A stretch of DNA of 64,000 nt from a virus. Its lineage: Duplodnaviria; Caudoviricetes. Positions within the stretch are counted from its first letter, which is position 1; every line of letters starts with the position of its first letter. The stretch is from IMG/VR virus record IMGVR_UViG_3300005330_000014, positions 96,001-160,000 of that record; one strand, given 5' to 3'. The notes beneath the pieces were generated by a model. It did not search any database. It saw only the letters and a program-made list of their open reading frames with translations, and was not told the DNA's origin. Positions 9,502 to 18,902 of the stretch are shown here, in pieces. A program made the position numbers and the translations under genes.

Positions 9502-9837
9502 TTATGGTCTATGATATTTTAACAGGTCAGACAAACTTTTGCCATCACGATATACTGATTTTTCTAATCCGTCTTCATCAAAATAAGTAACTGAAAAACC
9601 ATCAATATCATGAAAAAAACCAGAAAGTGAGCAACGCGGCCACTCGTCACCAAAAAATAATCCACAAGTTTCCTCAACATTATCTAATGCATCTAATAAA
9701 CGCTCCAAGTCTTCTGGAGTATTGACTAGAGTAGTTATATAATCATACGCATCGCCGTCACCTAACATTGTATGAACATATACTTTATATTTGCTTTTAG
9801 GGGTATCAGTTGTGAGCGGTTGTCCAATAGTAATCAT
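9502..9837 (-). CDS. hypothetical protein
   Basis: acidic 111-aa ORF downstream of a promoter. Confidence 0.6.
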   Translation of the reverse strand: MITIGQPLTTDTPKSKYKVYVHTMLGDGDAYDYITTLVNTPEDLERLLDALDNVEETCGLFFGDEWPRCSLSGFFHDIDGFSVTYFDEDGLEKSVYRDGKSLSDLLKYHRP

Positions 9838-9915
9838 ATGATTGTGAATGTTTTTATAAACTTTAGAATCTTAAGAATTTTGAGAAATTTGAGAAATGCG
9901 GCATTCGAGTTTACC

Positions 9916-9943
9916 AGTCTAGCACTATTTGATTTGGTGTCAA
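9916..9943 (-). promoter_or_regulatory. sigma70-type promoter
   Basis: TTGACA-16 nt (ending TGC)-TAGACT. Confidence 0.65.
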
Positions 9944-9979
9944 GATTTATTTTCGATTAATTTTCATCCCTTTTTAGAC

Positions 9980-11482
9980 TTATTTTAGATAAGTTTCAGC
10001 TTGATTTTGACTTTCTAGGAGTGAGCGGATTTCAGAAAGTGTCCAATCTTTTAGTAATTGACTATTCAAAAAAGTAGGAATGAATTCACAATTTAATACT
10101 TCATCCCAACTTACCTGATCTTTTTGGTAATAAACTCCATCTTTATCTTTATAAACTGCAATTAGTCCTTTAGCAGACTTTTTAAGATTACCTTGATCTG
10201 TTTTTGGGTCTTTAAATATTTCTCTGCCTTCTCCGTTAACTTCGACATAAGTACTTTTTACCGCCCATCCGTCCGTATCTCGGCTAATACCATATACCAG
10301 ATAATAACTACCAATTCCGTACACAATATTTGTACTAGCAAATCCCTTCTTTTTTAATCCTTCACAAATTTTATTAAGAACGTCCCAATTAACGCCATCA
10401 CCAAGAATGGCACCGACTTTAGGATTTAATTCTTTGTATCCTTTAGCGTTAACAGTCCCGCCAAAAATTTCCCATAATCTTTCAATAGTTCCTTTATTTT
10501 CAACGCTACCTTCAGGAGCATCAGGATCACCAATAATAATTTTAACATTATCCCCGCTATCAGGACGAAAAACAGTTTTTCCATCACGGGCTAGAATTTT
10601 ATCTTTTAAAGTAATTGTAAATTCATTAATTACTCTCCAATAATCCCGGGTATCACTGACTATACTAACAATACCACGAGGATAAACGTCTTCAATTAGG
10701 CGACGGAACGCTTCGATTTCATTTTCGGGGCCGTAAGAAGCCATTACTGCGTGCTCACTTGCATTAACCGAACAAGATACTAATTCTTGATCCGAATTAG
10801 CATTATAATACTCTTCCATAAACTCAACGCCGGGCACCGTATCAGAGCCAACGAAGGAAGTGATAAATCCCGCGTCAATTAAAATTGCCGCTTCATGCCC
10901 AACACAACCACGATAAGAAAAGTTATGTCCTTGAAATTTAACGAAATCAGTATTTCCTACCGTTTCCATTGCGTATTTACTTAACAAGTCTTTAATTTGT
11001 TTTGCAGTGGTTGCGGCGGTAGATATAGGCCAAATATTGCAAGACATAATAGTTTCAACATATGCTTGAAGCCAGCCGAAATCTTTATGAGTAGTAAAAT
11101 ATATCAATGGAGCTACTTTATAAGGGACAAGGCTTCCCTCCGGTAAACAAAAGAATGCTAGCGGCAAATAACCTAAATCATGCAAGGCGGCAATATGCTC
11201 CACCCCTACATCATTCGGTCCAAGATAGTTATTAATACGACGAGTGAATCTCTGAACTACTTCTTCTTTAGGTTTTTGGAAGAAATTTTCATTCCATTGT
11301 TTAATTAAAAATTCTTTGAAGAAATATTGTGCTCCCACCCAGACGACGCCACTTTTAGGCGTAATTTGTCGATAAGATTTGCGCGGCGTCATGTTACCGA
11401 AAGCCAATGTCATCCCCGGTATAAATTGCCGTCTATGACCAATTTTATAAGCGTCGATTGTAGTTTCTGGTGTTATTTTCAT
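9980..11482 (-). CDS. nadV: nicotinamide phosphoribosyltransferase-like protein (NAMPT; possibly Namat of NARP1)
   Basis: DAYK, HNFSYRG, ASEHAVM, SIVSDT, VFRPDSG, ILGDGV, FKDPKTD, KKSAKG motifs; likely start ATG 11482 (track extends to 11533). Confidence 0.92.
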   Translation of the reverse strand: MKITPETTIDAYKIGHRRQFIPGMTLAFGNMTPRKSYRQITPKSGVVWVGAQYFFKEFLIKQWNENFFQKPKEEVVQRFTRRINNYLGPNDVGVEHIAALHDLGYLPLAFFCLPEGSLVPYKVAPLIYFTTHKDFGWLQAYVETIMSCNIWPISTAATTAKQIKDLLSKYAMETVGNTDFVKFQGHNFSYRGCVGHEAAILIDAGFITSFVGSDTVPGVEFMEEYYNANSDQELVSCSVNASEHAVMASYGPENEIEAFRRLIEDVYPRGIVSIVSDTRDYWRVINEFTITLKDKILARDGKTVFRPDSGDNVKIIIGDPDAPEGSVENKGTIERLWEIFGGTVNAKGYKELNPKVGAILGDGVNWDVLNKICEGLKKKGFASTNIVYGIGSYYLVYGISRDTDGWAVKSTYVEVNGEGREIFKDPKTDQGNLKKSAKGLIAVYKDKDGVYYQKDQVSWDEVLNCEFIPTFLNSQLLKDWTLSEIRSLLESQNQAETYLK

Positions 11483-11490
11483 ATTATTAT

Positions 11491-11562
11491 TTATTTTGTT
11501 ATTTGTTGATGTTTTGAAAATGTGCCGCGCCAAAAGTAAACGTGAGAATTGGTGATTTTCAT
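11491..11562 (-). pseudogene. probable N-terminal remnant of a NADAR gene (23 aa)
   Basis: MKITNSHVYFWRGTFS resembles the NADAR start (xxTxxxVyFWxgxFS); stops after 23 codons. Confidence 0.4.
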
Positions 11563-11565
11563 AAT

Positions 11566-12468
11566 TTAAATCTTTTCTCCGATAACCTGTTGGATTGTAG
11601 TATCCAAACTAAAAGTAATATTTTTCATTAATTTAGGCGCGCGGAGTTCTGTTTGAATCAATACATCATTTTTGCGCGGATACTCTGGATGAATTGCTAC
11701 ATGAATATTTTTCTCCCCTTTATTACATTGTTCTAATAACGTTCCATATTCAAGTAGGGTAATTGGGGCAACGGTTTCGTGGCTAAAATAAAATAGTATA
11801 TTCTCGCACAGTTCTAAGTGCTTATATTCCCACGCAATTTGTTCTCTTTCTACGTTTGGATCAGTAACATCAAAATTAGCCCGACGAGGGTTGGCTATAT
11901 TAAAAAATGGAAGTAATTTAGTTGCCGCTTCTGTTTGCCAATTATGCGCTCCACTAATTGAACCAGCAAGAAATAACCATTCATTATGAGGAAAAAATCC
12001 ATATCCATAAAAACACTCTGGAGCTTCTAGATAAATATGATTATTCCGTTCCCCCTTGATCAAAGTAATTGCTTCTTTTAAAATTTCATAACTTTCTGAT
12101 AACCCACTCTTATCGTCCAAAAGAAGATTATAGTAAAGTTTAGCCCCCGGGCCATAGTCAATTCCGGGGATATTTTCATTGATATATTCAACTTTAATAC
12201 CTACCAATTGAAAGAATGCATAAATGAAACGATATCTTTCAATCCGCGAGCAAGTATAAGGAATAACATAAAATCCTAATTCGTTGCATTCTCTTAAAAT
12301 GTCTAAAATCTTATTATGGGTAGTTCCGCAACCCTCTGGGTATTCGCTAACTGTGCAGTCGAAATCCACGGCTATAATCAATTTCTTATGTTTTTTATAA
12401 GTCTCAAATAATTTGTTGACGCAATTAGCACGGTCGAAATAAGGATCGGATTGAGTAGTCAGTTTCAT
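11566..12468 (-). CDS. fusion of HAD-family hydrolase and nucleoside 2-deoxyribosyltransferase-like domain
   Basis: N-terminal IIAVDFDCTV and LLLDDK (HAD); C-terminal FLAGSI..NWQ, NPRR, QIAWE..HLE, PITLLEYG (Nuc_deoxyri_tr2-like). Confidence 0.78.
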   Translation of the reverse strand: MKLTTQSDPYFDRANCVNKLFETYKKHKKLIIAVDFDCTVSEYPEGCGTTHNKILDILRECNELGFYVIPYTCSRIERYRFIYAFFQLVGIKVEYINENIPGIDYGPGAKLYYNLLLDDKSGLSESYEILKEAITLIKGERNNHIYLEAPECFYGYGFFPHNEWLFLAGSISGAHNWQTEAATKLLPFFNIANPRRANFDVTDPNVEREQIAWEYKHLELCENILFYFSHETVAPITLLEYGTLLEQCNKGEKNIHVAIHPEYPRKNDVLIQTELRAPKLMKNITFSLDTTIQQVIGEKI

Positions 12469-12476
12469 GAATTAGT

Positions 12477-12905
12477 TTATTTAAAATCTTTCAATCGGGC
12501 AGCGGCTTCTTCTTCTGTTTTAAATCCGGTAAAATTTATAACTCTGTCGCTCAATCCAAAGCTTACTTCTAGAACATACTCTTGGGCTTGCGGGTTATAA
12601 AACATTTGGTTATTATATTTTTTAGCTAATTCGGCATTGAATTTTTTAAACTCTTTTTCTCGCGGATTAGGTTTTAGTTGTTTAAACTGAAAGAAATAGC
12701 CGTTTTTATTTTTACCAGATTTCACGCCATAAGAAGCCTGAGTTAATAACTTTTTACTGTAGGGATTTAAATCATCTAAATATATCAAAATTTCAGGGAG
12801 AAATCTAAGTAAACTTAACGAGTCAATTTGTTCATCACCAAACTTCATTGATTTGGCTATGGAACGTAAAATTTCTTCGCGGGTATAAGTTTTTTTCTTT
12901 GTCAT
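12477..12905 (-). CDS. hypothetical protein, possible C-terminal AP2-like DNA-binding element
   Basis: ends with GFKTEEEAAARL. Confidence 0.55.
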   Translation of the reverse strand: MTKKKTYTREEILRSIAKSMKFGDEQIDSLSLLRFLPEILIYLDDLNPYSKKLLTQASYGVKSGKNKNGYFFQFKQLKPNPREKEFKKFNAELAKKYNNQMFYNPQAQEYVLEVSFGLSDRVINFTGFKTEEEAAARLKDFK

Positions 12906-12909
12906 AAAA

Positions 12910-13773
12910 TCAAGCCACTTTAATCACATGAATTTTGTCTTGCGGGTAAGGATAAGGTAATTCTTGGAATGAATTAGTAGTATAAACTTCATCAATTACT
13001 TCAAGTATATCTTTATAACCCTTGGAAAAAATCCCGTGGGTAACATACAAAATAATCCGCCCGGCGTTCTTTTTCTTTAATACTTTTGCTAGTTCGATAA
13101 ACGTCCTAGCCCCGTCAGCAATGTCGTCGAGAATTACAACTGTTTGATAATTCAAATCATCTACATAAACAATTGTTTCAATAATTTTACCCGTTTGTAA
13201 TTCTCTTAACTTATCCGCGCGGATAAAGTGATCATGCCCAAAATGCGCGGCAATATCATGGATTTTTTTATTAGCTCCAACATCAGGAGAAATTAAAAGA
13301 CACTGTTTATTAAGTAAAAGCTTATAAAGTTCGTTTTCACGGTCATAAATTAGATTTTTAAGAATATCCAACCGTTTTACTTCCTTAAGATTATTAATTA
13401 CTGCATTAGTAACTTCCGAGTGGCAATCAAAAGTAGTAACGGACTCAAAGTTTAGAAAGTTTAAGTAATCAGCGAATACTTTTAAACTAAGACTTTCCCC
13501 CGGATTATGAGCTTTATCCTGCCGCCCATAAGGAATATAAGGTAAAATAAGATGAATGGGGACTTTTTTAACTCTTAAAATTGCATCGCGCATTAAAGCC
13601 AATGTAAATAAATCATTAGAATTTTGAATCCGCGCGGTTATATAAACTCCATCACGCCAAAAATAAGTACTTTTAATTGATTCTTCGTTTAATTGAATAC
13701 CAATTTCGCCGCCGGGGAATAACCATTGTTTAAAACCTAACTCTAGTCTTCCATTGTTAGTAGTAATTTTCAT
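12910..13773 (-). CDS. prs: ribose-phosphate pyrophosphokinase-like protein (possibly Adps of NARP1)
   Basis: FPGGEI, PYIPYGRQDK, DCHS, ISPDVGA, VILDDIADGARTF, YVTHGIFS motifs; likely start ATG 13773. Confidence 0.9.
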   Translation of the reverse strand: MKITTNNGRLELGFKQWLFPGGEIGIQLNEESIKSTYFWRDGVYITARIQNSNDLFTLALMRDAILRVKKVPIHLILPYIPYGRQDKAHNPGESLSLKVFADYLNFLNFESVTTFDCHSEVTNAVINNLKEVKRLDILKNLIYDRENELYKLLLNKQCLLISPDVGANKKIHDIAAHFGHDHFIRADKLRELQTGKIIETIVYVDDLNYQTVVILDDIADGARTFIELAKVLKKKNAGRIILYVTHGIFSKGYKDILEVIDEVYTTNSFQELPYPYPQDKIHVIKVA

Positions 13774-13777
13774 ATTA

Positions 13778-13927
13778 TTAATTATTTTCTTTATCAATTA
13801 ACTTTTCAATTATATCCTGCTTTTTATTAGGAATAACTCTATTGGGCGGGATTTTTTGTCCACGCCCTTTGACCCGGCGGATACGTTTAATTGTATCTTT
13901 TCTTTTTTGTTTATCCGCGCGGTTCAT
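13778..13927 (-). CDS. small basic protein (49 aa, not in ORF track)
   Basis: MNRADKQKRKDTIKRIRRVKGRG...DKENN fills the gap exactly. Confidence 0.55.
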   Translation of the reverse strand: MNRADKQKRKDTIKRIRRVKGRGQKIPPNRVIPNKKQDIIEKLIDKENN

Positions 13928-13955
13928 TTATTAGCAATATTTTTGAGCATTTAAA

Positions 13956-14669
13956 TTAAGCAACCATTTGCTTTACTTCTTCCAAAAATCTTTGGCTCAA
14001 TGCGTTAGTTTTATAAATCGCTTCGGGGTGCCATTGAACAAAATTAGCTCTGTGGTTTTCATTTTTAATCCATTCAATAATTTTAGGCAGTTTAAGGTCT
14101 TCTCCTAATAAAGCTGTACCTACAATTTCAACCCCATTAGGTAAATGATGTAACTCGCGTGTTAACGGGCGCAAAATACCCATATGGTGCGCGCTATTTA
14201 CGAAATAGTCTTCATGATCGACTTCCACGTAATGGCAAAATTCAGCTTCATCATCTTCTAGTTTAATCCCGGCCCCGCTAGGAGAATGACAAACCGTACT
14301 ACCGCCATAATTAATATCAGTTAGTGTCAATTTAAGGAAGTGAGAACAATATAATTGGAAATTACGACAAACGCCCGCGATTGGTTTGCCCAATTCAATG
14401 AACTTATTCATTAAGTAAATTTCACGAATGTCACGCTTACGATCAAAATTGTCCATATTTTCACATTTTAATAGTGGGCTGCCGTAAGTAGCGGGAAAAA
14501 TATCTCGTCCACCGCCGCCAAAATAAATATCCGCCCGCTCTGCCCAATAATCTAAATTGGCAGTATCGTCGTGAGTTACATATACATAATTCCAACCGAA
14601 ATACTTTTCAAGCATTTCATGAATATGTTTAGTGAAAATAGATGGACCGGTAGTTAGAGCGAGAGGCAT
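13956..14669 (-). CDS. class I glutamine amidotransferase / peptidase C26 (PuuD-like)
   Basis: GGGRDI, GVCRNFQ (catalytic Cys), VNSAHH, QWHPE (His-x-Glu). Confidence 0.88.
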   Translation of the reverse strand: MPLALTTGPSIFTKHIHEMLEKYFGWNYVYVTHDDTANLDYWAERADIYFGGGGRDIFPATYGSPLLKCENMDNFDRKRDIREIYLMNKFIELGKPIAGVCRNFQLYCSHFLKLTLTDINYGGSTVCHSPSGAGIKLEDDEAEFCHYVEVDHEDYFVNSAHHMGILRPLTRELHHLPNGVEIVGTALLGEDLKLPKIIEWIKNENHRANFVQWHPEAIYKTNALSQRFLEEVKQMVA

Positions 14670-14752
14670 ATAATTTAATTGTATGGTTGTTGCAGTTAGC
14701 TATTTAGTTGATTTTAGTTTATGTATTTAGAGAGTTAGGAAAGAAAAGATAT

Positions 14753-15649
14753 TCATCCAGCGTATTCGATTAATTTAGCATGTTTTTCGATAAAGTCAAG
14801 GTTTTCTTTCGAGTCTTCATTTTCTAAATTAAATTTCACACGAATTTTAGATACCTCGCACAAAAATAGAGCCTTATAATTATTGTTATAATCTTCTAAG
14901 TAGAAATATTGTGCGCCTAAGTCATGCGAAAAATTATCTCTGATTTGATCGACATTAATAGACCAAATTTGTTTGATTAATTCAATGTTATGGGTATAAA
15001 GTATTGAAGCTCGATATTTTTGGATAAATTTCTCTGGCGAGGTATATAATAGATTGTGATTATACACACTTCCTCTTTGTCGCTCACCCTCCCAGCGGTA
15101 CTTGACTAAGCCAGTAATAAAACTAGTCATCGCAGGGCTACTAATATAAATCGCGGGGCCGGTTAAGTGAAAAGCCGCCCATTCTTTAGTTTTTTCATCA
15201 CTTGTAATTATTGCGGTATATTCGGGGAATTCTTTAAAAATTAAATCTTCTGAGCAATCTAACAGAGATTTTAATTCATTAAGACGCGCGATTTCACTTT
15301 TAATTCTATCAATTTCAGAAGTTTTACAACAAACTAAAATATTAAGCTTAGAATAATCTGGCTGGAAATCCGTGCGCGTCTGAAATCCTTTTTCGTAATA
15401 ATAGTGAAAACTTTTAAATATTTCGGGATTATAAAAAATTGCGTTAAAAATGCCACGGCAAGAACGCGGCCAAAAATTATCAGTTACATTATTGATATCC
15501 AACCACGAAAACAATACTGGATTATAATTAGAATTCAAGGGAAATGTAGATGAACGACGCGCCGGATTATACTTAGTTATATTGTCTGAGTCAGAAATGT
15601 AAACACCTTTGAAAGTTGATTCAATTTTCTTTTTTAATTCTTCGTCCAT
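14753..15649 (-). CDS. hypothetical protein, possible distant member of the CRExF paralog family
   Basis: RSCRGIFN and SPAMTSFITGLVK loosely match the family motifs. Confidence 0.6.
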   Translation of the reverse strand: MDEELKKKIESTFKGVYISDSDNITKYNPARRSSTFPLNSNYNPVLFSWLDINNVTDNFWPRSCRGIFNAIFYNPEIFKSFHYYYEKGFQTRTDFQPDYSKLNILVCCKTSEIDRIKSEIARLNELKSLLDCSEDLIFKEFPEYTAIITSDEKTKEWAAFHLTGPAIYISSPAMTSFITGLVKYRWEGERQRGSVYNHNLLYTSPEKFIQKYRASILYTHNIELIKQIWSINVDQIRDNFSHDLGAQYFYLEDYNNNYKALFLCEVSKIRVKFNLENEDSKENLDFIEKHAKLIEYAG

Positions 15650-15751
15650 AATGATAAATGATTATATTAAGTTAATACTTAGTTATTTAGTTAAAGTTTT
15701 TGGAAGCCGCCGGATTCATTAGTAAAATAAACATCTTTGATGGAATAGTGA

Positions 15752-16147
15752 TTAGTTGAAATTGATTTCTTGGAACTCCCCATTTTTGTCTGTAGCAAAT
15801 ACTCTTTTAAAGTTTAACGAAGTAATAACACGGGCACAGAACTTGCATGGACTTGAAGTATTAATTTTTTCATTTCTATCTACTCTAACGACAGCCATTG
15901 TATAACCCGTGTAATCTTCTCTACGGCCACGCAATATTGCCATCAATTCAGCATGACAACCGCAATCTTCATAATAATTATATTCTATATTTTTAGGATG
16001 GCTTTGTTTCTTATTATGAGCCAGAGAAATCATTTTCCTCTTATTATAAATTGCGGCTACGTGGAAACAACGGCTATCCCCACGCATTTCGGGAGCTAAA
16101 GCTAATGCAATTTCTTTAAGTTTTTCAAGATTTTTAGGAGAATTCAT
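15752..16147 (-). CDS. zinc-dependent cytidine/dCMP deaminase-like protein
   Basis: HAE and SSPCKFC zinc motifs. Confidence 0.8.
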   Translation of the reverse strand: MNSPKNLEKLKEIALALAPEMRGDSRCFHVAAIYNKRKMISLAHNKKQSHPKNIEYNYYEDCGCHAELMAILRGRREDYTGYTMAVVRVDRNEKINTSSPCKFCARVITSLNFKRVFATDKNGEFQEINFN

Positions 16148-16184
16148 TTTTATTTAGTGTAAATATATAACAACACTACTATTT

Positions 16185-17231
16185 ATGATAATATATACCA
16201 AAGAATTAGCAAATCAACTTGTAGAGCTACAGAAAAATGTATCTTTTAAGGAAGCAAGAAAAATTTTAAATATCAGTTACTATCAAGCTAGGAAATTATT
16301 AATAAAATTTGGATTTAAAACCGTTCAAAAAAATAAGCCTTTAATCCCCATTCAAGAAAATTACTTTGAAATTATTGATACCGAAGATAAAGCTTATTTT
16401 TTGGGATTTATAGGGGCAGATGGGTGTATTAATGATAAACACGCTTTATCTATTCACTTACAAAAAGACGATCAGATTATTCTAAAGCAGTTTTTGCATT
16501 ATACAAATAGCCAACATACTATTAAATTCGGAAAAACTAAGAACACAACCAGTTCTTTTCCTGATTTTTTTGAGTGGGCTATGATTTATATCTCTAGGAA
16601 AAATTTCGTACAACATTTATTACAATTGAATATTACCCCTCGTAAGAGTCTCACATTAATTCCTCCGCCAGAAAATAGCATTCCCAATCATTTAATGCAT
16701 CACTTTATAAGAGGTTACTTCGATGGAGATGGCGGGGCTTATTTCAATAGTAACAGTAAAAACATTAAAGGCAAAACTTTATATCAATTTAATGGCTCTT
16801 TCACGGGAACCAAGGAAATGTTAACTTATATTGAGTCGTATTTACATCAACAAGAAATAAAAACTTCTTGGACCAAAAGAATGAAAGATAATTCAAACAA
16901 TTATACTTTATTGATACATGGTAATATACAGGGAACTAAACTATACGAATATATGTATCAAAATCATACAATATGTTTAGACCGTAAATTAATTCTATTT
17001 AAAAAATGTAAAGATATAGCAGAATCAGTTATTAACAATAGAACAAGTAAATATAGATTTATTACAAAATATCCTTCCATTAAGTCTCCTTGGTCTTATC
17101 AATTTAAAATTAATAAAAAGAAATATAGCGGATATGGAGCAACCGAAGAAGAATGCAAAAAGAATCTTAATGCAAAGTATTTGGAAATATCTGGAATAAA
17201 TTTAGGAGAGGGGCTGCGTAGCTTAATTTAA
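16185..17231 (+). mobile_element. free-standing LAGLIDADG homing endonuclease
   Basis: two motifs FLGFIGADG and FIRGYFDGDG; AP2-like C-terminus; only long plus-strand gene in the minus-strand arm. Confidence 0.9.
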
Positions 17232-17233
17232 TA

Positions 17234-17494
17234 CTAAGAGTATTCCGAATCAGCCAATATTTCTTCATTTAGAAACTCTTCAATTTCCGGCGCTTTTTCA
17301 TCTATATACTTAATTATATCATTCCCTTCACTATCGCTCTGAGGCTCAACTCCTAATCTAGTTTCGCGGGCATCTACTACTTGAACAGCGGAAAGTAATG
17401 CCAGCCATCGTGACAATACTTTTGGTTTCTTCAAGATTTCTCTAGTTAATGTTTCTGCTTGTTGTGGAGAATAAGGTTTTTGATGCTTGCCCAT
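17234..17494 (-). CDS. hypothetical protein
   Basis: 86-aa ORF, convergent with the endonuclease. Confidence 0.6.
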   Translation of the reverse strand: MGKHQKPYSPQQAETLTREILKKPKVLSRWLALLSAVQVVDARETRLGVEPQSDSEGNDIIKYIDEKAPEIEEFLNEEILADSEYS

Positions 17495-17590
17495 AATTAT
17501 AGATTTTTATGTTACTAAATGACCAATTAGTTAATTTATTAATTTAGTTAAGTTAAATCTTGGGATAGAACCAAGAAATTAGTTAATTTG

Positions 17591-17965
17591 TTAGACTAGT
17601 GTTTCGCCGTTTGCTTCCGCCGCAACGACAATACGGCCCAAAGCTACCTTTAAACCATTACGACGATTAAAGCAATCAGGTTTACCTTTTTTAGTAGTAG
17701 CTTTAGCAGTGGCTTTATATTCTTGTCCCGATTTACTAGTTACTTCAACTTGCGTAAATCCACCATGACTTAAAATAATCGGGCGGACTTCGGCAAGAGT
17801 AGGAGTTTTCAAAAATTCATTAAACTTACCATGTTTAATATGAACTAGTCTAGTAGTTAGAAGGCTCTTAACGTCCGCAGGGTTATGAGATACCCTTCGG
17901 AAGTGTGCGACTCTGACTTTATGACCAGCAGTTCTGAGTTGTTGTACTGTGATGTTATGTTTCAT
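17591..17965 (-). CDS. conserved hypothetical phage protein
   Basis: C-terminal DCFNRRNGLKVALGR resembles a common phage motif DxFxxxxGxxxAxxR. Confidence 0.65.
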   Translation of the reverse strand: MKHNITVQQLRTAGHKVRVAHFRRVSHNPADVKSLLTTRLVHIKHGKFNEFLKTPTLAEVRPIILSHGGFTQVEVTSKSGQEYKATAKATTKKGKPDCFNRRNGLKVALGRIVVAAEANGETLV

Positions 17966-18022
17966 ATACTTATTATACTTATTGGTTTATTGGTTAGTTA
18001 CTTGGTTACTTGTTTGTTTTGT

Positions 18023-18880
18023 TTATTCTAGTGATTTTTCAAAATCTTCAACTACATGAGCAAATTTATTGAGTATTTTAGTTTGCATTTTAGGTGTAAG
18101 CAAAAAGAACGCGGAACTAAATTGACGATATTCTAAAGTGGTAAATCCTTTAGGTTCCTGCGAGTGATATTTCATTCGATAATCTCCTTTGACTGCAAAT
18201 TTAGTAGTTCTTAATTCCTCTTTTTCAGAAATGCCAGCGGGTAGACTTTCCGGGAAATAAGTATCATAAACTTTATCTAATTCTTTGATCAATTCATTAG
18301 TTTTGTCTGGTGCATAAATCCCTTCAAATATTTTTGAGGCAATTCTGTTGTCGCAAAATTTAATATGAATATGAAAGCCAGCCGAACGGAAAGTTACTTC
18401 CTTATTAGGTTTTTCGTATTTATACTTTGAATCAGGGGTTCTTTTACCCGTATAAGCATTATAAGTAGGCTTTTTACTGGAATAAACATTGCCCGGATCA
18501 ATAAATGAATATTCAGATTTATCTACATAAGGAGTTAATAAAGTTTCATAACCATACAAAGTAGTAAGATAATTACGCACAATTTTCAACCAATGATTTA
18601 GAGTATCTACAGCTAATCCCGATTTCATCGAAGCATGGCAAGCTATTTCTTTGCCAACAATTTCAAAAGCAGTCCCGTCCGCAATAATATTGAAAAGGTT
18701 GTTAGATTGCAGTACAGGATTAATATCCAAATCCATTGGCGCAAAGGGATTACCCTTATTTCCAAGTAACAATTTATCTGTTTGTAGATAATTCGCAATC
18801 AATTTAGTAGCATTGAATATCTGCTTTGGCTTTGAATTTGCCAAAAAGAATTCAATTTCAAATCCGTAGTTTAAGCTCAT
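18023..18880 (-). CDS. phiEco32-like COOH.NH2 ligase type 2 (divergent)
   Basis: YGFEIEF, ADGTAFEI, RSAGFHIHI, GDYRMK, LEYRQFS motifs. Confidence 0.75.
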   Translation of the reverse strand: MSLNYGFEIEFFLANSKPKQIFNATKLIANYLQTDKLLLGNKGNPFAPMDLDINPVLQSNNLFNIIADGTAFEIVGKEIACHASMKSGLAVDTLNHWLKIVRNYLTTLYGYETLLTPYVDKSEYSFIDPGNVYSSKKPTYNAYTGKRTPDSKYKYEKPNKEVTFRSAGFHIHIKFCDNRIASKIFEGIYAPDKTNELIKELDKVYDTYFPESLPAGISEKEELRTTKFAVKGDYRMKYHSQEPKGFTTLEYRQFSSAFFLLTPKMQTKILNKFAHVVEDFEKSLE

Positions 18881-18902
18881 AATATGAATTAGTTAATTTG
18901 TT

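Noticed and set aside
13843-13867. Hairpin gggcggga/tccacgccc as a terminator
   Set aside because: It lies inside the 49-aa basic ORF 13778..13927 and lacks a U-tract on the coding strand
16185-17231. Group I intron or intein hosting the LAGLIDADG ORF
   Set aside because: The flanking ORFs are separate complete genes on the opposite strand; no split host gene or intein splice motifs are evident
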